A stretch of 64,000 nucleotides of DNA, taken from an uncultured Hyphomicrobiales bacterium (GTDB lineage Bacteria; Bacteroidota; Ignavibacteria; Kapaibacteriales; UBA2268). The stretch is taken from contig CAZSWR010000001.1 of NCBI GenBank assembly GCA_964610885.1, positions 63,260 through 127,259 on the forward strand, read 5' to 3'. Both the position numbers and the translations under genes were made by a program. This document shows positions 39,201 to 48,893 of the stretch, piece by piece (positions within the stretch are counted from its first letter, which is position 1; each line of letters starts with the position of its first letter). The notes under the pieces are model-generated. The model searched no databases. It saw nothing but the letters and a program-made list of their open reading frames with translations, and had not been told where the DNA came from.

Positions 39201-39414
39201 AGAGCCTGCCAGAAAAAGTATTGATTAGCCATCCCACGTGTTAACCCATGGGATCGATATAATCCATATCTCCTATATTATCAATGTATTAGCACAAACC
39301 TTTCTTTAGCCCCCTTTGAAAAAGGGGGTTGGGGGATTTGTCGATATTTCAATGACTTACTACGATGTATGCAGTGGGTTGAAGCCCATTTTTGCTAATT
39401 TTATACTATTTCAA
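39201..39414. repeat. Intergenic repeat element, copy 2 of the 'CCCACGGGTTAACCC' family
   Basis: Collinear with 5338-5564 (see that feature). Lies in the 634-bp divergent region between the DUF1015 gene and pyk. Confidence 0.55.
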
Positions 39415-39532
39415 AAAGTATCTAAATCAAATATTCATAGAAATCAAATAAATAATATTTATTTTTGTATTAACTGTTGATGCCCTTTCGAGGGTGCTTG
39501 GCATTTTCTAACATTGAACGCTAAATATCGCT

Positions 39533-40939
39533 ATGAGAAAAACTAAAATTATTTGCACAATCGGACCGGCTACATCCGGCGTCGAGAATCTGACCAAACT
39601 CATCGAATGCGGCATGGACACTGCACGCCTGAATTTTTCCCATGGCAACCGTGAGGACCACCTCACGACAATTAATGAAATTCGCGAAGCCGCCAAGAAC
39701 GCTCGCCGCGAAATTGCGATCATCCAAGACCTCCAAGGACCGAAAATTCGCACCGGCAAGGTGGAGGGCGGAGCAGTCGAACTCGCAGATGGCGCCCAAT
39801 TCTCCATCACGAGCGACGACGTCGAGCTGGGCACTGCGCAAAGGGTCGGAACCACCTACAAAAACCTGATCAAAGAAGTGAAAGCCGGCAATACAATTCT
39901 GCTCGACGATGGTTACATCATACTCGACGTGGACAAGGTTACAGTTTCAGACATCGTTACGACCGTCCGCAAAGGCGGCATCCTCAAAAACAACAAAGGC
40001 ATCATCGCGCCAGGGGTTTCCAGCTCTGCCCCATCGATGAGCGACAAAGACATCGAAGACCTGAAATTCGGCCTTGCCGCCGGCGTGGACATGGTCGCGC
40101 TGTCGTTCGTCCGAAGCGAACGCGACGTCATGGAATTGCGTACAATAATGAAACTCTTCGGCCGAACTGTGCCGATTATTGCCAAAATCGAACGCTTCGA
40201 GGGCTACGAAGACATCGTCGATATCATCAACGAATCGGATGCGATCATGGTCGCTCGTGGCGATTTGGGCCTCGAAATGCCCGCCGAAGACGTGCCCGTG
40301 CTACAGAAAGAAATCATTTCGAAGTGCAATTTCTATGGCAAACCTGTCATAACGGCCACACAGATGCTCGAATCGATGATTTCCAATCCGCGGCCCACCC
40401 GCGCCGAAGCCTCCGACGTCGCAAATGCTGTCATCGACGGTACCGATTGCGTCATGCTCAGCGGCGAAACCAGCATTGGAGCTTTCCCGTTCGATGCCGT
40501 CAAATACATGGACAAAATCATTCGCTCCACCGAGGAAAAGTATAAATCGAGGTCAAACCCATCCTACGACAAAGTAAAATTCATTTCCGAAGCGCTCGGC
40601 ATGGCCAGCTGCACTATTGCCGAACAAATCGAAGCAAAAGCGATTATCACTGAAACCACGACAGGCTACACCGCCAAAAACATCGCCAAATACAGGCCAT
40701 GCACGCCGATTATCGCCGTCTGTACTGACCCGGCAATCTCGCGCAGCCTTGCCATCGTTTGGGGCGTCAATGCCGTTACGCGGTCCTCGTCGTACCCAAT
40801 AGAGGACGGCTCTCCGGCCTTCGACAAACTACGGAACTACTTCCCGTGCCTCGTGCCGGACTCTTACGTAGTCTATGTGGCAGGGCTTTCCGGCAGCCAA
40901 AACCAACCGAAAAACCAATTACGTATCGTAAAGGGTTAG
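39533..40939 (+). CDS. pyk: Pyruvate kinase
   Basis: 468 aa; MRKTKIICTIGPATSGVENLTKLIECGMDTARLNFSHG and MVARGDLG motifs. Confidence 0.95.
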   Translation: MRKTKIICTIGPATSGVENLTKLIECGMDTARLNFSHGNREDHLTTINEIREAAKNARREIAIIQDLQGPKIRTGKVEGGAVELADGAQFSITSDDVELGTAQRVGTTYKNLIKEVKAGNTILLDDGYIILDVDKVTVSDIVTTVRKGGILKNNKGIIAPGVSSSAPSMSDKDIEDLKFGLAAGVDMVALSFVRSERDVMELRTIMKLFGRTVPIIAKIERFEGYEDIVDIINESDAIMVARGDLGLEMPAEDVPVLQKEIISKCNFYGKPVITATQMLESMISNPRPTRAEASDVANAVIDGTDCVMLSGETSIGAFPFDAVKYMDKIIRSTEEKYKSRSNPSYDKVKFISEALGMASCTIAEQIEAKAIITETTTGYTAKNIAKYRPCTPIIAVCTDPAISRSLAIVWGVNAVTRSSSYPIEDGSPAFDKLRNYFPCLVPDSYVVYVAGLSGSQNQPKNQLRIVKG

Positions 40940-41059
40940 GAATCTCTGCGGGCAGTATTTTGCCTGATGCACAACTGCGCGCATCGGTTAGTGGTTTTAT
41001 GCTTTAAGCCCCAATTGTTCATTAAAAATTTGATATATTTGCTTTACCCTCATCCCCGG

Positions 41060-41082
41060 CCCTTCTCCCGACGGGAGAAGGG
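41060..41082 (+). other. First of two similar tandem G/C-rich hairpins downstream of pyk and upstream of the ABC-F gene (CCCTTCTCCC-GACG-GGAGAAGGG)
   Basis: 10-bp stem with no adjacent T-run. A second similar hairpin (CCCTTTCGCC..GGGAGAAAGGG) lies ~45 bp downstream and is followed by GGGTTTTTCTT. Confidence 0.4.
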
Positions 41083-41242
41083 AGTAAAGAAAATTGTTAA
41101 TGGGAAGTCCCTTTCGCCCTCTGGGAGAAAGGGATTTAGGGATTGAGGGTTTTTCTTACAAACAATTTGAGATATGAAAACACTATAAGTATTTGAAAAC
41201 ATATTGCTTGTCGTCTCGGCGGAGCAGCAAAGAAATAAATAA

Positions 41243-43138
41243 ATGACAATATTCTCAGCAAATAATCTTTCTAAACGTTTCGACCGCGAAATGCTCTTTG
41301 AATCGCTCTCCATGGGAATGGAAGAAGGCGAAAGGCTCGGTATCATCGGCAAGAATGGTATCGGCAAAACCACTCTCATGCGAATCGTCGCCGGAATCGA
41401 AGAGCCGGACACAGGCGAAGTCATCTTTGGCAACAGCGTCCGAGTGGAATACTTGCCCCAGGCTCCTGTTTTTCAACTGGGCGAAACTGCCTTGGATTCC
41501 GTGATTAGCGCCAAGCCACAGGTGAGCGCACTGCTCGAAGAGCACAAACGAATTTGCAGCGATTTGGACAAACATTACTCCGCCGAACTTTCGACCAAGC
41601 TGGAACGGGTTACGCACGCAATCGAAGCCTCGGGCGGGTGGAATTTGGAGAATGATGCTAAAACAATGCTGACAAAGCTTGGAATAACTGATTTTTCTTT
41701 CAATGTCAATAACTTCTCCGGCGGCCTAAAGAAGCGTGTCGCTTTGGCCAAGGCTCTAATCTCCGACCCCGAATTGCTGATTCTGGACGAGCCGACGAAC
41801 CATCTGGACGCCGATTCTGTGCAATGGCTCCAAGACAGGCTTATGGATTCGAAGAATGGTATCCTTTTCGTAACCCACGACCGCTATTTCCTCGATTCGA
41901 TTGCCACGAGGATTATTGAAATCGACCAGAAGAGGATTTTCCATTTCCCAGGAAATTACGAAAAGTACTTAGAGAAGAAAGAAAACATCGTCGCTACGCA
42001 GAATTCCGCTCACGAACACTTGCTCAGCCGGCTCCGCGAAGAGCTTGCATGGTTGCAAAAAGGCGCCAAAGCCCGCCGCACAAAGCAGCAAAGCCGCATC
42101 GATTGGGTGGACAAAATGGTGCAAGAATCCAAACGCACACAAGAGAAAAAGATTAAAATCGAATTAGGGAAATCATTCATCGGCAGCCGAATCATCGACG
42201 CGCACAACATCAGCAAAACGATTGGCGGGAAACGGCTTTTCGATGATTTCACTTACGTGGCCAAACCCGGCGACCGCATCGGCATCATCGGCCCGAACGG
42301 TTCGGGCAAATCGACTCTGCTCAACGTCCTTGCCGGAGGAATCCAGTCCGATACCGGCACCGTCAAGCACGGCATGAATACCAAAATTGGATACTTCACG
42401 CAGGAAGTAACCGACCTTGTCGATGCGAATACTGTGATTTCTTCGCTTAAGGAAATTGCTGAGTATATCGACGTCGGATTGGGGCGCGATCGCTTCCTTA
42501 CGCCTCGGGATTTGCTCAATAAATTCAACTTCCCGCCGAACCAACACGGCGCCTTCATCGGCACGCTTTCCGGCGGCGAAAAGCGTAGATTGGCGCTTCT
42601 GCGCGTCCTTATCGACAATCCCAACGTATTGCTGCTGGACGAACCGACGAACGATTTCGATATACAAACGCTCAACGCATTCGAGAAGTATTTGGACGAT
42701 TTCTATGGCGCGCTCGTAATCGTGTCGCACGACCGTTCTTTCCTGGACCGCACTGTGAACGCTATTTGGGCTTTCGACGGAATGGGCGGCATCAAGGAAT
42801 TCCCTGGCAACTACTCGAATTATTTGGAGAAGAAGGAAAGCCGTAAACAGTACACTATCCCCGCCGACAAAGGCGAGAACGGAAGGAAAGACAAGAATAA
42901 TGATTCGCCGAGGAAGCTTTCGTACATGGAGCAGCGCGAATTGATGGCTCTCGAGAAGGAAATTCCAAAATTAGAATCCGAAAAGGCCGAACTTCACAGA
43001 TTGCTATACTCCGGCGAGATCACTGACTACAAGCTGCTCGAGGAAAAAAGCCGAGAACTGACCGCCCTCGAGGAATCGCTCGACGAAAAAACTCTTCGCT
43101 GGATGGATCTGAGCGAAAAGGCCGATGCGCTGAAGTAA
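41243..43138 (+). CDS. ABC-F family ATPase (Uup/EttA-like, two ABC domains with a C-terminal coiled-coil)
   Basis: 631 aa; two Walker A sites (GKNGIGKTT, GPNGSGKST), two LSGG signatures, a linker and a C-terminal coiled-coil. No TM domain. Confidence 0.9.
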   Translation: MTIFSANNLSKRFDREMLFESLSMGMEEGERLGIIGKNGIGKTTLMRIVAGIEEPDTGEVIFGNSVRVEYLPQAPVFQLGETALDSVISAKPQVSALLEEHKRICSDLDKHYSAELSTKLERVTHAIEASGGWNLENDAKTMLTKLGITDFSFNVNNFSGGLKKRVALAKALISDPELLILDEPTNHLDADSVQWLQDRLMDSKNGILFVTHDRYFLDSIATRIIEIDQKRIFHFPGNYEKYLEKKENIVATQNSAHEHLLSRLREELAWLQKGAKARRTKQQSRIDWVDKMVQESKRTQEKKIKIELGKSFIGSRIIDAHNISKTIGGKRLFDDFTYVAKPGDRIGIIGPNGSGKSTLLNVLAGGIQSDTGTVKHGMNTKIGYFTQEVTDLVDANTVISSLKEIAEYIDVGLGRDRFLTPRDLLNKFNFPPNQHGAFIGTLSGGEKRRLALLRVLIDNPNVLLLDEPTNDFDIQTLNAFEKYLDDFYGALVIVSHDRSFLDRTVNAIWAFDGMGGIKEFPGNYSNYLEKKESRKQYTIPADKGENGRKDKNNDSPRKLSYMEQRELMALEKEIPKLESEKAELHRLLYSGEITDYKLLEEKSRELTALEESLDEKTLRWMDLSEKADALK

Positions 43139-43174
43139 ATCCAAGACTTCTTTCAACACAAAACATATATCTAC

Positions 43175-43210
43175 AACGAAGCCTGCCCCCAATCGAGGAC
43201 AGGCTTCGTT
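43175..43210. terminator. Bidirectional terminator between the convergent ABC-F and TonB-dependent receptor genes
   Basis: 11-bp stem AACGAAGCCTG/CAGGCTTCGTT with T-rich flanks on both strands. Confidence 0.55.
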
Positions 43211-43230
43211 GCAATTGTTTGCTAATCGGC

Positions 43231-46200
43231 TTAGAGATTCACTCTGATGCCGAGCTGCATCTGCCAGCGGGAAGCAACGTCGCTGTATTGGTAGATGTTT
43301 GTGTATTTCGGATTGAAATTGATTTTGATCGGGCCAGAAGCATTGTTTTTGGTGCCCACGTAAGTAAGCATCGTAACAGAGTTGTAGCTAATGTATTCGA
43401 TGCGGCCCCAATCGGAATTGAGCCAATTGAGGAAATTGACGAAATCGAGAGTGATTTCGACAGTTTTCTTATCGAAAAGCGGAACGATTTGCGAAAGCCT
43501 TAAATCGAACTGGTTGCGCCATTTCGCGCGGAAAGCATTGCGAGGGGCAACTTTTCCGCGGTAGTCTTCGATGCCTTCGATTTGCTTGATGTACTCCTCG
43601 AAAGAGGCCCAAACCTGCTCTTTTGTCGTACCGTTTGCGAGTTGAGTTTTGTCCAGGAGAAGCTCGACTTTCGGATCGTTTGGCCCGGTTGGGATATAAC
43701 ATAAATCGTTGTTCGTGCCGTATTCTGCGTTGTCGTTGTTCGCATTTCCATAGTACACCAACGAATACGGGCTGCCGGAACGGCCTTCGTAGAGCAGTCC
43801 AATCGTGGTTGCGAACCCATTTGCATAATTCAATCTGTACGAAGCGTTGGCCAGGATTCTGTGAGGAATATCATAATCCGATACTGCAAGTTCGGGATTG
43901 TTCGGATCCAACGAATAATTGTACTGCCAGCTGGAGATTGCGCGGCTGGACGAAGCATTGCTATTGATGTCCTTGGCGTGGCTGTATGTATATGAAAGAT
44001 TGCACGAGAGGCCCGGAAGCAAGCCTTGCCCGAATTGTTTCTGAAGTTGGAAGGTCAAACTGTTTTGGAAGCCTTCGCTGGTGTTGGTCATCAGGATGAC
44101 GCGATTGAATCGTGAAGAAACCGGAGTGTTACCATAAACCGGCCTGCCATCGATACGAAAAACTTGGTTGCCAGCGGTATCCTTCTGGTATTGGAGGTTA
44201 ATATTTTTGTAAAGGACATCGTTCACGGTCTTGCCAAGTATTCCTTCAACGGTGAAAACGAATCCCTGAGGCAATTGGACATCAACGGCGGCATTTGCGC
44301 GGAAAAGCTGAGGCATTTTGAAATCGGGGTCTGTGATAGCGATTTCGCTTTTGAGAGCGCCGACGATCGGCTGATTATATGGATCAGGATTAAATGCGGG
44401 AGCGTCCTGGCCGGATACTTCGATGGCGGCAATTTCCATTCCATTGTTGGAGTATTGGTTCGAAATCCATACGCCGGGAGTACGGCCGGAGAACAGGCCG
44501 ATTCCGCCGCGGAGTTGGATTTTCTTATCGCCAAACATGTCGTAGTTGACGCCCACACGAGGCGAGATTGCAACCGGATTCGGCAGTTTGTCCGTGGAAT
44601 AGCCAGGGAATGCAGCTGCGAATTCGGGATTGAATTTCGGTTTCTCGGGGAAAGCGAACATATCGACACGGACGCCGGCTGTTAGTTTCAGCCTTGTATT
44701 GACGACCATTTCGTCTTGGGCATAGAATCCCAATTGCAAGTATGAGAATTTGCAATGGGGCATTAAATCATTCGAATCGAGCGAGTATGTGTGTTTGTAG
44801 CTGCTGGGCGTGCCGGCTGCCAATGCTTCGATATTCGAGAAAGAGTACGTCCCGAAATAGTCCTGAAGGTACAAGTTATCGAATGAAATGAATTGGTTCG
44901 ATGTTCCGACTGTAAATGTGTGATTGTTCCAAAAGTAACTAAGGTTATCGGTAAATTCCACAATCCTTTGGTCCAAAGTATTTGCTTGCGAGTAGTTTTC
45001 AATACCGGCATAGACCTTGCCCGAACCCGAAGTGGGATAAAGACTCACCGACGGGAACGGATCGCCCTGAATGTCTCGTTTGTCGCTGATTGCGGTGAAG
45101 GCCAAACGCGCTTCGTTGGCGAAAAGGTTAGAATAAAGAGTGTTCAATTGCAACACGGTCTGGTTCTGCATACTTCTGTACATGTATTCTGCACCATCGA
45201 ACGTGAAACTCGTCGCCGAACGGGACACACCGGACGAACGCGAACCATTAACGAAATTGTGCCTCAGCGTAAGTCGGTTTTCGTCGTTAAGGTTCATATC
45301 AAAGCGCAAGAACAGTTTAACGTCCTTCGTATAGGCAGTGTATCCGCCGTACCCACCGGGATTGTAGTTGTATTTTGTAACAAAAATATCTTTAATCTGT
45401 TGCATCGTCTCCTTCGAGACGGGAAACTCGTTGGTAAAATCTTCGCCAATCAGTCCGGCATCGGGCGATTGGTTGCGGTTTTTCATTTCTGCGCTGGCGA
45501 AGAAGAAAAGTTTATCTTTAATGATGGGGCCACCGAATCGGCCGCCGAGTTGGTATTCGTCGAAATCGGGATATTTGTTGTGTTTGCCGCTCGAATCGGG
45601 TTTCGGATTCAATCCCATGAACGTCTGGTTGCGTCCGAAGAAGAAGATTGACCCTTTGTATTTGTTGGATCCGCCGCGAGTAATAGCATTGATCAGTCCG
45701 CCGGTGAATCCGCCCTGGCGGACGTCGAACGGGGCGATGTTCACTTGGAATTCCTCGATAGCGTCCAGCGAGATAGGCTCTGCGCCGGCCATACCGCCGG
45801 GGGTTCCGGTTTGCGAGAGTCCGAAGGCATCGCTCATCACGGCGCCATCCACTTGGATATTGTTATATTTCGCATTGCGGCCGCCGACGTTCGAACCGTC
45901 GCCCGTTGATGACGTGATGAGCGGCGAGAGTCGAGTGTAGTCGTGGATGCTTCGGCTGATTGTGGGCAAAGCATCGATTTCCTGCGAGGTTACGTTTTGG
46001 CTGGCGCCGGTTCGCGAGCTGTTCATAATCTCGTTTCTTTCGGCCTCCACCACGATTCCTTTGGATTGTACCGCAGTTTCCTCCATATTAACTTCGAGGG
46101 TGAACTCTTGGTCGAGCTTCAGATAAATCTCCTCGAATACTTGTTTCTTTTGGCCGAGCATCGATACCGTAACGGTATATGGGCCGCCAGTGCGGAGTCC

Positions 46201-46413
46201 GACCAAATTGAAGCGGCCGGATTTGTTGGTCTTTTGGCCGGATTTTGTCCCGGTTGGTTCGTGGACGGCAACGACCGAAGCGCTCATAATCGGCTGGCCT
46301 TTCGCGTCGAGTACGACACCAGTTATCTTTGCAGTGGTTGCGCCCTGAGCCAATGCAATAGCTTGCGCACATACGAAGACAAACATGATCAGAAGAAAGT
46401 ACTTCTTTTGCAT
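43231..46413 (-). CDS. TonB-dependent outer-membrane receptor with N-terminal carboxypeptidase-regulatory-like domain (Oar-like)
   Basis: 1060 aa; signal peptide, TAKITGVVLDAKGQPIMSASVVAV (CarbopepD_reg-like), plug and a long beta-barrel. Confidence 0.85.
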   Translation of the reverse strand: MQKKYFLLIMFVFVCAQAIALAQGATTAKITGVVLDAKGQPIMSASVVAVHEPTGTKSGQKTNKSGRFNLVGLRTGGPYTVTVSMLGQKKQVFEEIYLKLDQEFTLEVNMEETAVQSKGIVVEAERNEIMNSSRTGASQNVTSQEIDALPTISRSIHDYTRLSPLITSSTGDGSNVGGRNAKYNNIQVDGAVMSDAFGLSQTGTPGGMAGAEPISLDAIEEFQVNIAPFDVRQGGFTGGLINAITRGGSNKYKGSIFFFGRNQTFMGLNPKPDSSGKHNKYPDFDEYQLGGRFGGPIIKDKLFFFASAEMKNRNQSPDAGLIGEDFTNEFPVSKETMQQIKDIFVTKYNYNPGGYGGYTAYTKDVKLFLRFDMNLNDENRLTLRHNFVNGSRSSGVSRSATSFTFDGAEYMYRSMQNQTVLQLNTLYSNLFANEARLAFTAISDKRDIQGDPFPSVSLYPTSGSGKVYAGIENYSQANTLDQRIVEFTDNLSYFWNNHTFTVGTSNQFISFDNLYLQDYFGTYSFSNIEALAAGTPSSYKHTYSLDSNDLMPHCKFSYLQLGFYAQDEMVVNTRLKLTAGVRVDMFAFPEKPKFNPEFAAAFPGYSTDKLPNPVAISPRVGVNYDMFGDKKIQLRGGIGLFSGRTPGVWISNQYSNNGMEIAAIEVSGQDAPAFNPDPYNQPIVGALKSEIAITDPDFKMPQLFRANAAVDVQLPQGFVFTVEGILGKTVNDVLYKNINLQYQKDTAGNQVFRIDGRPVYGNTPVSSRFNRVILMTNTSEGFQNSLTFQLQKQFGQGLLPGLSCNLSYTYSHAKDINSNASSSRAISSWQYNYSLDPNNPELAVSDYDIPHRILANASYRLNYANGFATTIGLLYEGRSGSPYSLVYYGNANNDNAEYGTNNDLCYIPTGPNDPKVELLLDKTQLANGTTKEQVWASFEEYIKQIEGIEDYRGKVAPRNAFRAKWRNQFDLRLSQIVPLFDKKTVEITLDFVNFLNWLNSDWGRIEYISYNSVTMLTYVGTKNNASGPIKINFNPKYTNIYQYSDVASRWQMQLGIRVNL

Positions 46414-46458
46414 AATAACCTTAATATTTTATTCAAAATGTAATAATTCACAATTGAT

Positions 46459-46941
46459 TTATATAGCAACATTCATAGTAACGACTTCGAATGCTTTGCG
46501 CAAGTCTGCCGGGTCGATTTCTACGATGAATCCCCTTTTCCCGCCATTAATGTATATTTTATTGCAATTGAAAATTGATTCCTCAGCGTATATAGGCATC
46601 TTTGTTTTCGTACCGAAAGGGCTGGTCCCTCCGAACTGGTAGCCTGTGAGCTTTTCGGCTTTCTTTTGGTCGCAAGGTGCAATTTTCTTTTGGCCGAGCA
46701 ATCTTGCCAATTCCTTCGTCGAGACCTCGCGGTCCCCGTGCATGAGCACTACCAACCCGCTTGAGCGGTCGTCCTCCATGATAAGCGTTTTGATAACGTT
46801 GTGCTCGTCCACGCTAAGTTCCAAAGAGGTCTGGTGCGTCCCGCCTTTTTCCTGATACTCGTATTGGTGCGCCACGAAATCGATTTTTGCATCGCGCAGT
46901 TGCCTTATTGCCGTCGTTATCGGGTAGTCCGGTTTTGCCAT
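46459..46941 (-). CDS. ybaK: YbaK/EbsC-family aminoacyl-tRNA deacylase (Cys-tRNA(Pro) deacylase)
   Basis: Start at MAKPDYPITTAIRQL; ~160 aa; YbaK-like pattern including ...GGTSPFG.... Confidence 0.75.
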   Translation of the reverse strand: MAKPDYPITTAIRQLRDAKIDFVAHQYEYQEKGGTHQTSLELSVDEHNVIKTLIMEDDRSSGLVVLMHGDREVSTKELARLLGQKKIAPCDQKKAEKLTGYQFGGTSPFGTKTKMPIYAEESIFNCNKIYINGGKRGFIVEIDPADLRKAFEVVTMNVAI

Positions 46942-47242
46942 TTTATAACCAATCTCAATATTCATCAAAACATACTAAAATAAATAAATATTCCGACATA
47001 ACCCAAAAAATGGTATCGGCCATAATTAGTTTTTTATCCACAGGTTTATGGCACATCGATTGATTGATAATATTTGTTTTTTGTGTGCGATCTTTTCAAT
47101 ACACTGTTTCACTATGAATCAAAGAATAAAATCTTTGCAATGTTAATTAATAAATATTTGTTTATAAACATTAGTTTTCATATATTTATTGATTTGTAAA
47201 ATGTTGAAAATGATGTCAATTTCTTAGTAAAGAATGAAATAA

Positions 47243-48889
47243 ATGCTGTCAAATGCCAAAATACTTATCGTCGAAGACCAGGTAATAATAGCCACCAACC
47301 TAAAGGTTTTGCTGAAACATCACCAATATGATGTGGTAGGCATCGCTGCCAATAGCGATCAAGTTTTCGACTCAATTTCAAAAAATCAACCTGACCTGAT
47401 ACTAATGGATATTTCGCTACCGGGCAAATACGACGGTATCGAAATAACAAATATCATTCGCGAGAAATATGATATTCCCGTTATCTACCTCACCTCGAGC
47501 AAAGATATAGAAATCATCGAAAGGGCAAAGCTGACCGGCGCCTATTCGTATATAATGAAAGACGCTACGCTCAAGGACCAACTGCCCGTCATGATCGAAT
47601 TTGTGCTATACAAACACAAAATCGAACTCGACCGCCAAAGGGAGCGCATCGACATCGTGGAGAGCGAAGAAAAATTCCGCCAAATCGCCACTTCGGCCAA
47701 AGATGCCATTTTCTTCATAGACCACGACGGCACTATCTCTTTTTGGAATAAATCGGCTACAGAGATTTTTGGCTTCACCGAGAAAGAAGTGCTCGGCAAA
47801 CAGCTCCACGAACTCATCGCGCCGGAGGAATACCGCGACTTCTACGAACGTGGTTTCTCGTTCAATAATTCCGATGAAAAGATCGACATCTTGGGCAAAA
47901 CTCTCGAAATGCAGGCCTTCCGCAAGGATGGCAGCATCATCCCGATCGAAATATCTCTTTCGTCCGTTACGCTGAAGGGCAAACAATGCGCCTGCGGCAT
48001 CATCCGCGACATTACCCTACGGAAGACAAGCGAAGAGCAGATGGAACGCCTCATCGAGGAATTGCAAATCTCGCGCGACGTCATCGAACAGCAAGTCAAC
48101 GACCTGATTGTGCTGAACGAAAAAATTGCCGACTCCGAAGAACAATTGCGCGAAACAAACGCGAGCAAAGACAAATTCTTCTCGATTATCGCCCACGACC
48201 TGAAGAATCCATTCCAAGGGCTGCTCGGCTACTCAGAAATTCTGGCCAAAGACCTGCTCAATATGGATACAGAAGACGTCCAAGAGGTGGCCCACGACCT
48301 TCACGAATCGGCCCAGAACCTGTTTAAACTACTCGAAAACTTGCTCCAATGGAGCCGCATTCAGCGCGGAGTTATTGAGTACAATCCTGACGTGTTCACT
48401 CTGCACCAAGTGGCCCAGCTCAACGTTGGACTGGTCAACAGCAGCGCCGGCCAGAAACGTATCACCATCGAAAACCGTGTCGATCCCGACCTGATGGTTT
48501 ACGCAGACGTGAATATGATTAACACTATCATTAGAAACTTGCTCACCAATGCTTGCAAATTCACCGATTTCGACGGCCGCATCGTTCTGACCGGCACTAA
48601 GATTTCCGATCAATTCGCAGAGGTCGGCATTATCGACAATGGCGTCGGCATCAGCAAGGAGAATTGCGACAAACTGTTCAGAATCGATTCGCAACTGACC
48701 ACGCTCGGCACAGCAAACGAAAAAGGAACCGGTCTCGGGCTTGTGCTTTGCAAGGAACTAACCGAGAAAAACGGCGGCGAAATCCGAGTGGAAAGCACAA
48801 TCGGAGAGGGAACGGCGTTCTATTTCACCATTCCCCTACCATCGGACAGCCTATATGCCGAATGCGAAGAAGATGAGGAAAGCAACTGA
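47243..48889 (+). CDS. Response-regulator receiver / PAS / histidine-kinase hybrid sensor protein
   Basis: N-terminal REC (ILIVEDQ...DLILMDISLPG...), PAS (DAIFFIDHDGTISFWN), HisKA H-box (FSIIAHDLKNPFQGLLGY), HATPase_c (GTGLGLVLCKELTEKNGGEI). Confidence 0.85.
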   Translation: MLSNAKILIVEDQVIIATNLKVLLKHHQYDVVGIAANSDQVFDSISKNQPDLILMDISLPGKYDGIEITNIIREKYDIPVIYLTSSKDIEIIERAKLTGAYSYIMKDATLKDQLPVMIEFVLYKHKIELDRQRERIDIVESEEKFRQIATSAKDAIFFIDHDGTISFWNKSATEIFGFTEKEVLGKQLHELIAPEEYRDFYERGFSFNNSDEKIDILGKTLEMQAFRKDGSIIPIEISLSSVTLKGKQCACGIIRDITLRKTSEEQMERLIEELQISRDVIEQQVNDLIVLNEKIADSEEQLRETNASKDKFFSIIAHDLKNPFQGLLGYSEILAKDLLNMDTEDVQEVAHDLHESAQNLFKLLENLLQWSRIQRGVIEYNPDVFTLHQVAQLNVGLVNSSAGQKRITIENRVDPDLMVYADVNMINTIIRNLLTNACKFTDFDGRIVLTGTKISDQFAEVGIIDNGVGISKENCDKLFRIDSQLTTLGTANEKGTGLGLVLCKELTEKNGGEIRVESTIGEGTAFYFTIPLPSDSLYAECEEDEESN

Positions 48890-48893
48890 TAAG

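Noticed and set aside
41050-41433. 127-aa minus-strand ORF spanning the pyk/ABC-F spacer
   Set aside because: Created by the palindromic hairpins, so both strands read ...FSRREKG.... It overlaps the ABC-F start and has no support as a gene.
44893-45651. 252-aa + ORF and other ORFs inside 43231-46413
   Set aside because: Antisense to the TonB-dependent receptor gene; no motifs.
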